A stretch of DNA of 64,000 nt from Squalus acanthias (GCA_030390025.1 JASTWF010000579.1:124001-188000); one strand, 5' to 3'; positions 39,767 through 52,280 are shown, numbered from the stretch's first letter. Translations and numbers: made by a program. Notes: generated by a model from the sequence alone, not told the origin.

Positions 39767-40434
39767 CCCAGCATGTGGTGCGATTGGGAGTGTTGGTCTT
39801 CAGCCCAGCATGTGGTGCGATTGGGAGTGTTGATCTTCAGCCCAGCATGTGGTGCGATTGGGAGTGTTGATCTTCAGCCCAGCATGTGGTGCGATTGGGA
39901 GTGTTGATCTTCAGCCCAGCATGTGGTGCGATTGGGAGTGTTGATCTTCAGCCCAGCATGTGGTGCGATTGGGAATGTTGATCTTCAGCCCAGCATGTGG
40001 TGCGATTGGGAGTGTTGATCTTCAGCCCAGCATGTGGTGCGATTGGGAGTGTTGATCTTCAGCCCAGCATGTGGTGCGATTGGGAATGTTGATCTTCAGC
40101 CCAGCATGTGGTGCGATTGGGAATGTTGATCTTCAGCCCAGCATGTGGTGCGATTGGGAATGTTGATCTTCAGCCCAGCATGTGGTGCGATTGGGAGTGT
40201 TGATCTTCAGCCCAGCATGTGGTGCGATTGGGAGTGTTGATCTTCAGCCCAGCATGTGGTGCGATTGGCAGTGTTGATCTTCAGCCCAGCATGTGGTGCG
40301 ATTGGGAGTGTTGATCTTCAGCCCAGCATGTGGTGCGATTGGCAGTGTTGATCTTCAGCCCAGCATGTGGTGCGATTGGCAGTGTTGATCTTCAGCCCAG
40401 CATGTGGTGCGATTGGCAGTGTTGATCTTCAGCC
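39767..40434. repeat. Intronic minisatellite, 37-bp unit x 18
   Basis: cccagcatgtggtgcgattgggagtgttgatcttcag; 666/37 = 18. Confidence 0.97.
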
Positions 40435-41009
40435 GATAAGGAGCAACAGAAATTTAACGGCTGTAAAATATTTTCATCTTGTTCCTTCCATACATTGAGT
40501 TAGTCAGATGGGTAATGTGCTAAAATTAGGATAATGCGTCTGTGAAATAGAGTACCACAAAAGGTTCTTACTCTGGGTCGGTGTGTACCATTTGAAAAGG
40601 CCTGGATCAGTGCTTATCAAGAAAGTGGACTGAGGGCTCTGGATAGATTGATGGGTCACATGGCGTTAGGATAGTACAGAAGGAGGAGGGGAAGCTTGTG
40701 ATTGAGTTCGTCACACATGGACTATGTGGAAGGAGTGGGCTCGATGGGCCGAATCACCTTTTCCTCCAAGCGTAATGTTCTTGTTCTTTAAAGTCCGTTG
40801 TCAAAAATAAACAAGGGACAAAACAGACACCGGCAGGGTGAACTCTGTGCACTGAGGTACTGGTAGATTGTGGGTTCATACCCAGGGTTCTCTGCACTGA
40901 GTTATGGATCTGTGGGTTTCTCTGTTGGGAGTCCCTGAGTCCGTGTTTTCCCAGGATCTACCACCCTCTGGAATACTAACCTTCACTGTTTGATTCTTCT
41001 TCCATCTAG

Positions 41010-41150
41010 AGTTTCGCCCTGGTGAGCCGTGGAAAGGTTATCAAAACATTGACCCTGAAACTGACCCTTACGTCACTCCTGGCAGTGTGATGACCAGTCT
41101 GTCGATCTCTACTGCCCGGGATCTTGACCTCCTCAGGGACAGGAACAATG
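41010..41150 (+). CDS. TNRC6A: TNRC6A exon: [27 protein letters not shown] (PAM2 motif, PABP binding)
   Basis: catctag| and AATG|gtaagt, phase 1-1; the splice rebuilds NWPPEFxPGxPWKG. Confidence 0.95.
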
Positions 41151-41404
41151 GTAAGTGTCATTCTCGAAATCTGTTCTTTCAACTGAAGGTATATTTTAAA
41201 ACGTACACCTCTTCACTGCAAACTGAATCGTGCTCCAGAAGCTGACAATTTCTTATCTTGAGACAATTTCTTAGAAACTAGTCTGAGGCACCTGATGATT
41301 CATCATCACAGTTATGGTCAGCGGCAAACTGAGTATTGCCCACCACTCATGCACTGCCCTCCCAGCCTCCCATTGTACCTCCAGTTGTGTGTTACTTAAA
41401 GAAA

Positions 41405-43390
41405 GACTTGCATTTATACAGCATCTTTCATGACCTCAGGATGTCCCAAAGCGCTTTATAGTCAATGAAGTTACTTTTGAAGTGTAGTCACTGTTGTGAT
41501 GTAGGAAACAGGGCAGCCAATTTGTGCAAAGACAGCAGTGAGATAATGACCAGAAAATCTGTTTTAATGATATTGGTTGAGGGAAAAAATATTGGCCAAG
41601 ACGCTGGGAGAACTCCCTGTTCCTCTTCCAATAGTGCCGTGGAATCTTTTACGTCCACCTGAGAGGGCAGGTGGGGTCGCGGTTTTACATAGAATATACA
41701 GCACAGAAACAAGCCAGTCCATACTGATGTTTATGCTCCACCACTTGTGGAGGTAGCTGTCACACTTTAACGTCTCTTGTAGTAAAGGAGCCGCTGGGGA
41801 GCAGTGATCATAATATGACAGAATTTTATGTTGAGTTTGAGAGTAATTTAGTTAAGTCCTAAACTAGGGTCCTAAATCTGAACAAAGCAAACTACGTAGG
41901 TATGAGAGGCGAGATAGCTAAGGTAGGTTGGGAAGCTAGATTAAAAGATATGACAGTAGAAAAGCAATGGCAAACATTTAAAGAAATAATTCATAATTCG
42001 CAACGAATATACATTCCCTTAAGGAATAAAAACACCACGGGAAAAATGGTCCACCCGTGGCTAATAAGAAAAATTAAAGATAGTATTAGATTAATGGAAG
42101 AGGCCTATAATGTTGCTAAAAAGAGTAGTAAGCCTGAGGATTGGGAGGTTTAGAATTCAGCAAAGGAGGACCAAGAAATTGATAAAGAAACAGAATATAG
42201 AATATGAGAGTGAACTAGCGAGAGACATAAAAACAGACTGTAAAAGCTTCTATTGGTATGTAAAAAGGAAAAGATTAGCGAAAGTAAACATGGGTCCCTT
42301 ACAGGCTGAGACAGGAGAAATTATAATGGAGAATAAGGAAATGGCAGAGAAATTAAACAAATACTTTGTGTCTGACTTCACGGAAGACGATGCAAAAAAC
42401 ATTCCGGAAATAGTGGAGAACCAAGGGTCTAGTGAGAATGAGGAACTGAAAGAAATTAGTATTAGTAAGGAAATAGTACTGGAGAAATAGAAAAGCAGAG
42501 TTGTTTTTTAATGGTGCAAGATTGGGAAATGTTAGTGTTCAAAGGAACTGGATGTCCTTGTACACGAGTCACTGAAAGTTAACATGCAGGTACAGCAAGC
42601 AATTAGAAAAGCAAATGGCATATTGGCCTTTATTACAAAAGGATTTACGTATAAGAGTAAAGACGTCTTGCTGCAATTATATAGGGCCCTGGTGAGACCA
42701 CACCTGGAGTACTGTGTACAGTTTTGGTCTCCTTACCTAAGGAAGGATATACTTGCCATAGAGGGAGTGCAACGAAGGTTCATCAGACTGATTCCTGGGA
42801 TGGGGGGATTGTCCTATGAGGAGAGATTGAGTAGACTAGGCCTATATTCTCTAGAGTTTAGAAGAATGAGAGGTGATCTCATTGAAACATACAAAATTCT
42901 TACAGGGCTTGACAGGGTAGATGCAGGGAGGATGTTTCCTCTGGCTGGGGAGTCTCGAACCAGGGGTCACAGTCTCAGAATAAGGGGTCGGCCATTTAGG
43001 ACTGAGATGAGGAGAAATTTCTTCACTCAGAGGGTGGTGAATCTTTGAAATTCTCTACCCCAGAGGACTGAGGAGGCTCAGTCGTTGAGTATATTCAAGA
43101 CAGAGATCGGTAGATTTTTGAATATTAAGGGTATCAAGGGATATGGGGATAGAGCAGGAAAGTGGAGATGTGGTAGAAGATCAGCCATGATCTTATTGAA
43201 TGGCGGAGCAGGCTTGAGGGGCCGAATGGCCGACTCCTGCTCCTATTTCTTATGTTCTCATCCGAAAGGCGGCACCTCCGACAGTGCAGCACTCCCTCCG
43301 TACTGGAGTGTCAGCCTGGATTATGTGATCATGTCTTTGGAGTGGAGCTTGAGCCCACAACCTTCTGACTCCAAGGCGAGAGTGCCAAGG
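41405..43390 (-). mobile_element. DeuSINE-type SINE split by a CR1 insertion (halves ~41405-41690 and ~43256-43390)
   Basis: Both halves match the reverse complement of the SINE at 55430-56125. Confidence 0.75.
41777..43255 (+). mobile_element. CR1 LINE with internally deleted ORF2
   Basis: ORFs 41902-42490 (pre-RT region) join almost directly to 42584-43048 ([15 protein letters not shown]...RNFFTQRVVNL); RT core absent. Confidence 0.9.
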
Positions 43391-43766
43391 GTTAGTATTG
43401 GTAGCGAAGCAGCTCAGCCAGCGCTGCACCTTAGCCCAGTGGCTGGTGAGACTTGTACAAGAAGGGGGAATAGAGGGATTTCATACCCTCTAACAAAGCA
43501 AGTAGGAATCCTGGATCTATCCCTGATATCAGGAAGGGGAAGTTCTTGGGGGAGAGTGCTCTATACTGTGGGAAATATTGTGTGTCTTGTGTTTAAAAAA
43601 TCTGGATTTTTATATGTTGCTGCACTAACCTACTTCATCATTTAACAGCCAGAAGTGCAGTTTAACTCGTACATTTCTTGTTTTTTTTAATGTTTCTCCT
43701 GGGTTTAAATTTGTGCGTGCAGCTCTCAACAAGTCATTGATGTGTCACCTTGTGTATGTCCAATAG

Positions 43767-43874
43767 GGTCGTCCTCATCTTTGAACACCACGCTGCCTTC
43801 AACTAGTGCCTGGTCCCTTGTTGGTGCCTCCAGCTACAATAGTTCCCTCAGCAGTACAGCACAAAGCACTCCAG
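43767..43874 (+). CDS. TNRC6A: TNRC6A exon: [17 protein letters not shown]...STAQSTP
   Basis: caatag| and CCAG|gtagga, phase 1-1. Confidence 0.93.
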
Positions 43875-44482
43875 GTAGGAATCTTCATACAAAGCCTTCC
43901 ACTAACAATGACAGAAGCCCCTTTCCAGCCATCCCAATATGCAAAGTCTGCTGTGAAGGCCTATTTACATTACATTTCACCTGCAGCCTGTGGGTTTGAA
44001 GATGTCCCTGTAACTGAGGCACCTCTTTGTTTTTAACATTTTTTAATTGGGTCGGGGGGGATTTGGATAAATTTACCTCCTTTTTCTCTGCGTTTTTATC
44101 CCTTGTTGTCAGCCTGGCCTGCAGTCTACGAGCGTGGGTACACACCCTGCCACTAATGCTGCCCAGCAACCATTCACCAGGAGGTGGCAGGGACTGCCCA
44201 GGCATGGCGCTTCCTCCTCCCCTGCTGGGAGTTGCCAGATCCTCCAATCCACCCTTTCTCACCCGATTGAAGTCGGGGGACGGATCCCAGCCAGGCTGCA
44301 ACCTACACCCACCCATCACTCTGCAAGTCGTTTGGGCACGTATCAGGAAGTTGGTAGTGAATTCTGAATTTAAAAGCTAAGGATATGTAGACTAGTAACT
44401 CTCCACCGAGCAGCAGCGCGAGTGTGTGTGTGTGTAGTACTTGATGATTGAATTCTGACCTCTTTGTGCTTTCAATTCGCAG

Positions 44483-44701
44483 CCAGAATCGGTGAGCCCA
44501 AATCCACGTGGTCCCCTGGTCCGGTCACCAACGCTTCCCTGGCTCACGAGCTGTGGAAGGTCCCCCTGCCACCCAAAAACACTACCGCTCCGTCCCGCCC
44601 GCCACCAGGGCTGACCAATCAGAAGCCTTCGTCCTCGTGGGGAAACAGCTCGCTGCGCGTGGGTGGAGGATGGGGGACTTCCGAATCCAGATACAACTCT
44701 G
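44483..44701 (+). CDS. TNRC6A: TNRC6A exon: ...TWSPG...[25 protein letters not shown] (M2 region)
   Basis: ttcgcag| and TCTG|gtaaga, phase 1-1. Confidence 0.94.
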
Positions 44702-45091
44702 GTAAGAGGCGGGTGGGATGCGGCCTGTGAGACTGACCCTTTCCCTTTTACTGCAGTAAGTGAGATAAAGGATTGGCAGCAGTTCAAAGCAAGGCAGCCG
44801 ATCGAGAGCTTTGTTACTGTGCGCCTCATTATAGTGTCAGCAAAGTACATTTCTGAAGTGTTTGTTTAAAAAAAAATGTACATCAGTTTCTTTTACCTTT
44901 TTACTTCTCTACTCCCCCTCACCCCCACATTGAAGAGGCGGTCGATGGAAGGGGTGGTGGGGCTGCTAGGTGGGCGATGGTAGGGGGTTGCAGGCGGGTG
45001 ATGGTGGGGGGAGTGAGGGCAGGCGATTGGGGGCGCGGTATGAGGGCGATGTACCATTGTTAGTTACATCCTTTTGTTTGATTTACTGCAG

Positions 45092-45162
45092 GCCCAAGCT
45101 GGGGCGACATCAGCTCAGGGAGAATAACCAATTGGCTTGTTCTCAAGAACCTCACGCCTCAG
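45092..45162 (+). CDS. TNRC6A: TNRC6A exon: [24 protein letters not shown] (start of RRM)
   Basis: actgcag| and CAG|gtaagc, phase 1-0. Confidence 0.94.
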
Positions 45163-45222
45163 GTAAGCAAATGCATTGTATTCAAGCCGTGATTCAATTA
45201 TCCTTGCGCACAGCAGCACACC

Positions 45223-46471
45223 CTCTAAGATCGAAGCCTCTGGTATTAGTGGTAATATATTGAGCTGGATTCAGAACTGGCTGGCAGGACGTAGGCAAAA
45301 AGTAGTTATAGATGGATTTGGAGACCGGTCACCGTTGCTCTTTACTATTTTTATTAATGATCTGGATGTAGGTGTTGGGGCGCAATCTGCAAATTTGCAG
45401 ATACCAAGATCTGTGCGAGTATCAGGACTGTAGATGATGCTCGTCTGCTTCAGGCAGATCTTCATGTGTTGGGAGATTGGGCTCAAGACTGGAAAATGAT
45501 GTATAACTTAGATAAGTGCAGTGTTTATGCATGTGGGCAGGGCAAATGCTCAACATTCATACACCCTTCAGGGAAAGGCATTAAAGAAGGTGGAGCTGGA
45601 AAGAGATTTGAGCATTCTGGTGCATACATCCTTAAAGGTACATGAGCAATGCCGTGTAGCGATAGCTAGAGTGAATAGGGTGTTGGGGTGTATCCATGGG
45701 ACAATTGGGTACAAGAGGAGACGCACTGTTTTGTCCTTGTACAAGACCTTGGTCAGGCCACACTTGGAATACTGTGTCCAGTTTTGGTCTCCTCACATAG
45801 TGGGTGATATTGAGGCTTTGGAGAGGGTGCAGAGGATGAGCCACCAGACTAATTCCCAGTCTCAACATCTTAGTTATCATGATAGACTAAAAGAGTTGGG
45901 ACTCCACACCTTAGAGAAGCGTAGACTTGGGGGGGATCTGATTGAGGTTTATAAGATAATGAAGGGAATAGATTGTGTTCCAGCTGACAGTTTATTTCAA
46001 TTAAATAGGTTAGGCAGGACCAGGGGTCACAAATTTAAGTTGTATAAGGCCAGATCTAGGTTAGATGTCAGGAGGTGGTTCTTTTCCCAGAGAATAGTGG
46101 ACCTCTGGAACAGGCTGCCGTCTCATGCGGTGGACGTGGACTCGCTGAATTCCTTCAAGCGAGAGCTGGACCTGTTTCTGGCTGGGGTGGAGATCACCTC
46201 TTACAGAAGGTAGGTACTGCAGGGAATTCAGGGCCAGTGTGATCTCCTGGACTAGTTTCGATCGCCTAGATGGGTCGGAGAGGAATTTCCCAGGTTTTTC
46301 CCCCCCCCCAAATTGGCCTGGGTTTTTCATCTGGTTTTTTGCCTCTCCCAGGAGATCACATGGTTTCAGGTCGGGGGAAGAGTGTATGTTGCGATGCACA
46401 AGGTATCACCGTTGTGTGGGACAGGCTCGATGGACCAGATGGTCTTTTCCTGTCCGTCATTGTTCGTATGT
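45223..46471 (+). mobile_element. CR1 LINE (second family), 5'-truncated
   Basis: [54 protein letters not shown]. Confidence 0.9.
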
Positions 46472-47204
46472 ACCCCACCTGTGTCCCTTCCATCCATAAT
46501 TAATTGAGTGTTGACTGAAGCTGAGCAGCGAGCGTCTGCTCAGGATCCCTGACTTTGTCACCATTAAGAAAGGGCATGTGACAGCTGGGTCGACTCACTG
46601 TGACTGGGGAAGGGCCCAGGTTGTTTACGCATTGCAGCCTTTAAACTGTATTGGAAACTTGCTCACTTTAATTTACTGGCAAATGAACCTGTGCAACCTT
46701 CACTCACTTTCCACCCGGCCCCCACCCTGCAAAGACATGGCTTTATGCCGGGGAGCAGTTCCACACACAGACTCCTACCTTCTCCCAATGGCATTCACCG
46801 TGTGTGATTGTAGACGTGAAAAGTCAGCAGTCCAGTCTTGCCTTCTCACCGAGACACTTTCCAGGTCACTGGATAGCCGGAACACTGGCTGATTAGATTG
46901 CTTCCCCTCTCCAGCCTATGCTGCCACAGCTAACTTAGCAGAGATTGAACGGAAGCTGTGTGGCTCAGTATCACATCGTGTAGATCACGGGATTGACTGC
47001 GAGCCCCAGCAGTGTAATCTGAATGGGATGCAGACACAACGCAGTTTTAAATTTCTGCCCTCTCAATGATCCAGGTTCACCGTGTAATTGGCCAACAACT
47101 GCTGGTGTTTAATACACTGGGAGCTAATCCACACTGTTTCTCTGTCTCACACATCAGCCCAGGTAGGGTGTATTCTGGGATATGGAATCTTACCCTAACT
47201 TCAC

Positions 47205-47500
47205 GTCTCCAATTCTGGCCTCTTGCGCAATCCCCACTTCCTTTGCCTCACCATCGGCGGCCGTGCCTTCAGCTGCCTAGGCCCCAAGTGCTGGAATTCC
47301 CTCCCTATACCTCTCTGCCTCTCTACCTCTCTCCCCTCCTTCAAGACTCTCCTTAAAACCTACCTTTTCACCGAGCTTTTGGTCAACCATCCTAATATTT
47401 CCTTTTGTGGCTCGGTGTTAAAATTTTGTTAATTGCTCCTGTGAAGCGCCTTGGGACGTTTTACTACGTTAAAGGCGCTATATAAATGCAAGTTGTTGTC
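47205..47500 (+). mobile_element. L2 LINE 3' end
   Basis: GGRAFSCLGPKCWNSLP..FKTLLKTYLF; aaaggcgctatataaatgcaagttg tail. Confidence 0.85.
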
Positions 47501-47559
47501 TGTCTACAGGCCTTTATTAATCTCGCTGACTGGACTCTTGCTGTGTCTTTAACCTTCAG

Positions 47560-47699
47560 ATTGACGGCTCCACCTTGCGTACACTGTGCATGCAGCACGG
47601 CCCACTAATAACATTCCACCTTAACCTACCCCACGGAAACGCTTTGGTCTGTTACAGCTCGAAAGAAGAGGCAGCCAAGGCACAGAAATCTCTGCACAT
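47560..47699 (+). CDS. TNRC6A: TNRC6A exon: [46 protein letters not shown] (RRM)
   Basis: ccttcag| and CAT|gtaagt, phase 0-2. Confidence 0.95.
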
Positions 47700-48579
47700 G
47701 TAAGTCGGACCTGAGCTGGATTAGCAGGCTCCAGGTGGAATTTTGTTACTTTTGCAGGAGGGGGAAAGGGGCAGAAGAAGTGGGTGGGGATTGTCTCGTG
47801 GAACAAGAAGTTTGAGCCTGATCTAACCAAGCCATGGGTTTGTGATAATGAAGTTGGGAGTAAGTCTTGCGAGTTTTTACTTTTACAATATGGGGGCTCG
47901 CAACTTGGCACAAAGCCCCTTGCCCCATCCCCAACTCCATAAGTCTATGTTTCTAAGCTGTGCCGCCTAATGTTTAGCTCTTTCCTGTCACGAGAATTTG
48001 CAATATGGGTCAGAGAATTATTTTTAACCGTGCTCACTTGATTGGTGAAAAAACATCCAGCAGTACAGTGCATGTACTTCGATAAGTGCATGAGAGAGAA
48101 GAGAATCGAAGGATATGCTGATGGGATGGGAGGGGGCTCGGGAGGGGGCTCGCGATGAACAGAAACACCAGCATGGAGCAGTTGGGCCGAATGGTCTGTT
48201 TCTGTGCTGTACATTCTATGGAGTACAATTCTAGATTACCCTCTTTCTTTTCAGCTGGCAGACTTAAATAAACCTGTGCAACCTTCACCAATTTCTGTTT
48301 TGTTCAGCATACATCAGTTAAACAGGAAGGATCCATTAGAGGCAGGAGTTCTGTGGGACTGCTGAGGTTTAACCAGCCTTTAGTCTGCTGTGGAAGATGC
48401 TGGGTTGAAGCACATTTGATGTTGCAGGGATCGTGCATGTTACAACAGCCGAGGCCATCTCTGGCCGCTTACTCATCTCTGGCCGCTTACTCATCTCCCT
48501 TACCACCAACATCCCCTATTTACCCCCAACCTCACTCCCCAACTACCAACCCCTCTCCTCTGGTCCTTGACCCATCACA

Positions 48580-49650
48580 GCACCTCTGTTGCCATTGACC
48601 CACTGAACTGCTCACCTTTGATGGCCTCGTTCAACCAAATAGTTCACAGCCCCTCACTCCTGTCATTTCCCTCAATACGGCCTCCACTCTCTCCAAACTC
48701 ATCTTGTCTATAAAATCCGTCTTCTCCTGACCACCCAATTCCTAACCACTCAACTACTCTGACTGACATTGTTAATGGGTGTCTCTTCGCTGTCACTGTC
48801 ACTGTCCCTGTCCCTTTCAAAGCCAGCAGCCCCACCCCTCTAAATTCCAACCCTGGTCCCGTTTGTTGTCTTCAACTACTGCACCACCTCTAACCTCCCT
48901 GCCCCTTCTCAGGGCCTTGAACGTGTTGCTTCCCAGGTCTGTGCCTGCCTCTGAAAATCCCTGTTTGAATCCTTTTCAGTCTGGCTTCCACCCTTTACAT
49001 AGCGTTGAGGCAGCCCTGGTGAACCCCACGAATCCCCTGCGACTGTCGTGCACTATCCCTCCGCATCATGACATGGTTAACCGTGATCTCCTCCTCTCTC
49101 TCCTCTCTTCCAGTGACCAGCTCGGTGAGATGACCAGACATGGTTCCAATCCTATCTTTCTGGACATAGCCAGTGAATCTCCAGCAAAGGCTTCTCTTCC
49201 CACCCCTATACATGCACCTCTGGAGTCCCCCAAGGATATATTCTTGGGCGTCCTCTGTTTCCTCATCATTGGCATCATCCACAGGATCAGCCTCCATAGA
49301 TGTACTGATGCTCTGCTCTTTGACCACCTCTCTGCTCTCTCACTGCTCGTCATGGATGAATAAAACTTCCTTCAACTCGACATCAGGAAGATAAAACTCA
49401 TTATCTTTGGTCCCCGTCGTAAACACCACTCCTCCCTTCCGCCTCTCCCCTCTCTCTCCTCCCTTCCGCCTCTCCCCTTCTCTCTCTCCTGCTATAAAAA
49501 CCTTCTCGAAACCCACCTTTTCAACCAGCTGTTAGTCACTCATCATCTCTGCTGAATGTTCCTTTTAATTTATTTTTCTGGCCCCCTCTGTAAAGCACCA
49601 TGTGTTGTTTTTTTTCTACATTCAAGGTGCCATATGAATGCAGGTTGTTA
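48580..49650 (+). mobile_element. Old decayed L2 LINE
   Basis: LNPFQSGFHPLHSVEAALV remnant and an L2-type tail. Confidence 0.65.
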
Positions 49651-49683
49651 ACTGCGATTGACTCCTATCTCTTTGGCTTACAG

Positions 49684-50056
49684 GTGTGTTTTAGGGAACA
49701 CTACCATTCTTGCTGAGTTTGCCAGTGAAGACGAGATTAATCGCTTCTTTGCACAAGGCCAGTCGCTGACGCCCTCTCTGGGCTGGCAATCTCTGGGATC
49801 CAGCCAGAACCGTATCGCATCCATTGACAGTTCCCACCCATTCTCAAACCGCAATGATCTCAATCACTGGAATGGTGCTGGGCTGTCGGGAACTGGTAGT
49901 GGAGACCTCCATGGCACTTCACTCTGGGGCACCCCCAATTATTCCACTAGCCTGTGGGGAACCCCGAGCAGCAATGACACGCGGGGTATCGGCAGCCCCT
50001 CCCCCATCAACGCTTTCCTCCCTGTTGACCACCTCGGAGGTGGAGAGTCCATCTGA
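49684..50056 (+). CDS. TNRC6A: TNRC6A last coding exon: [15 protein letters not shown]...[16 protein letters not shown]
   Basis: ttacag| acceptor, phase 2; TGA at 50054-50056; TNRC6A-type C-terminus. Confidence 0.96.
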
Positions 50057-51810
50057 ACTTTAGTCATGACTCAAACTGTGACCTCGACATGAAAAGCAGC
50101 ACTAATCAGACTTTTCACCTACAGCGTGAGAGAGAGACGGAGAAAAGGGGTCACCTGTGGAAATGTTCCGTTCTGCACCTTTATTTCCACTTTCTTTTAG
50201 CCCAGAACATATCAGTTTTAATACTTGAATCATGCAGGCCAATAATAAAAAAAAAAATGTGAAAAAGTATATATTTATACTTCCAGATAGTGCTATCCAT
50301 TTAAAAGAGAAAAAACTGCTTCAAATGAGCTAGTTTGTGTGCACTCATCATGTTTGTTCCTTAAATTCCAAAACTTCTTTTTTGAGTTTGCTGATGTTGG
50401 GAGTGTGAGCTGTTAATCTGCACTGAGTACTGTCTCCCTGTCCGATTGGCAATAGGGCGGGGGGGGAGGGGGGGGGGGGAAGAGGGTAGTTCAAGTGTAA
50501 ATGTTTACTCAAGGATGTTCTCTTAGCAAGGAAAAAAAAATGGACAAAAAAAGTGTGCTCTTTAATATGCCTTGACATGTACTTACCTTAACGTGGTATT
50601 GTAGAGCCGGGTCAAGTTATCGCACTGACCTCGCCGTTTCAAAAAAAAAAGTATTGCACCAACCTGTTTCTTTTTAAAAAAAAGTTTTAATAAGAAGATA
50701 AAACCTAAAGAATTTAATCTCCACAGTGTGACACTGTGGGCAGCAGCTGTGACTTGCAACCCCACCCTGCAAGCCAGGAGGGTACAGCACTTTCAATAGA
50801 GCTTTCATTTTTTTTGGAGGTGCCCTGTCATGCCCTCTTGTTTACAGACTTTCGAGGGGATAATGTTTACTCTTCCATCATTAATAAAAATGAAAAAAAA
50901 AACTATATAAAAAAAAATTTAAAAAAAAATTTACAAAAATATTTGCGGATGAAGATGTTCTATCTCTGGGAATATTGAACAGTGTTTTTGACCATGTTCT
51001 TTTTTTTTCTATTCCTCTATATCCTGAAACGAGAGAGAGCATGGTTCTCAGGAAATAGTTCCCCCCCCCCCTCCCTCCCTCCTTCCCCCCTTCACAAGTT
51101 AGAAACTCCTGGTAGTTTTGTGTAGGAAACCCCCCCCCCCCCCCCACACCAACTTTTAGCACTGAATTAAACTGCTCTGTAAAAGTTACTTTTTTTTTGC
51201 CAATTTAACTGCTTAAAGCCGGAGTTTCCAGTTATTGCTTTGAAATTGCTGTCTTTTTTATAGTGAGTGAAGGTGGATTTTGCTGACATGTTGTAGTATA
51301 TATACTTTATTTTTTTCCCTCCTTTATATTCCCATTATCGAGTGGCTAAATGTATTTTGCTATTGTGACTGTGTCCAATTGACTGTTGTACTTAAAAAAA
51401 AAAACTGGCTGAGATCTGTAACTATGCATACTGTAACCAGCTCTGGTGGTTTACAGAATCATATTGTTCATCCGTGAGAGGCCGTTTTAATGTAAGAGTT
51501 TGCGTGTAAAAGAGTTCTACAGAAAACGAGTTATTTTACACTTTTTCTTTTGTGTTTTTTTTTGTTTTGCCACAAAAATGTATTCATTCATGCTTGTACA
51601 GAGCGGAGACAAACCAGGACACGATTTTAACACTGCAGACAATGCCACCATTTCATTGCCTTCGTTATAACTGTCTGTCGGAAGATGCAAACAAGTCAGT
51701 GGCTTTTTAACTGTTTACAAATAGAATGTGATTGTAAAATGTATAATTTGGTTGTGTTGAATTATGAAGTTACTTCAAATATTAATAAATCATGACGTTT
51801 TTGGCTGCTC
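50057..51810 (+). promoter_or_regulatory. TNRC6A: TNRC6A 3'UTR (~1.75 kb) with multiple miRNA seed matches
   Basis: Transposon-free AU-rich sequence between the stop codon and AATAAA at 51784; the end is approximate. Confidence 0.7.
51784..51789 (+). terminator. Polyadenylation signal AATAAA for TNRC6A (alternatives at 50244 and 50883)
   Basis: AATAAA with upstream TGTA elements and a downstream U/GU-rich tract. Confidence 0.7.
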
Positions 51811-51837
51811 AGCATTTATATCCCTTCCCTTCTGTCG

Positions 51838-51843
51838 TTTATT
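51838..51843 (-). terminator. Polyadenylation signal AATAAA for the minus-strand gene
   Basis: TTTATT on +; the first such hexamer I found downstream of the stop at 52281. Confidence 0.55.
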
Positions 51844-52280
51844 TGGTGCTGTGGCTTTATCTCCAGACGATGGTTGTCACTCTCTCCTCTCGCAGTGTCT
51901 CAATCCAAACTTCAAAGCTCTGCGTGTCCTATTTTTTTGAAGTTTGAGAAAGGTGCCCCCTCCCCCGCCTTCTCGCTGGAGCCTGTGCCCGTGTCCCGGG
52001 ATTCAGTGCCGGCCCGAGGTCAGAGTGCAGTCAGCAGATGGGGAGTTGTTTTAATCTGCTGCCGTCGCCTGGTTCCACAGGAAGCCCGCACTCTCAGGAG
52101 CGACGTTAAACTCCAAAGCCAAGTGGCCGGCTGATTGTTTTTTGCACAGTGCGGCCAGTACAATAACATGGAAAAAGATACTGTGGTGGGTGGGCGTGCT
52201 GCTCCCAACTCCGAGCAGAGGAAAACATGCCTGACCTTCAGGAAAAGGATGATGATTTTTCTGCATGTTTTCTTTGCTAT

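Noticed and set aside
39767-40434. 37-bp repeats resembling a CRISPR array
   Set aside because: Units are contiguous with no unique spacers, there are no cas genes, and the context is a vertebrate intron
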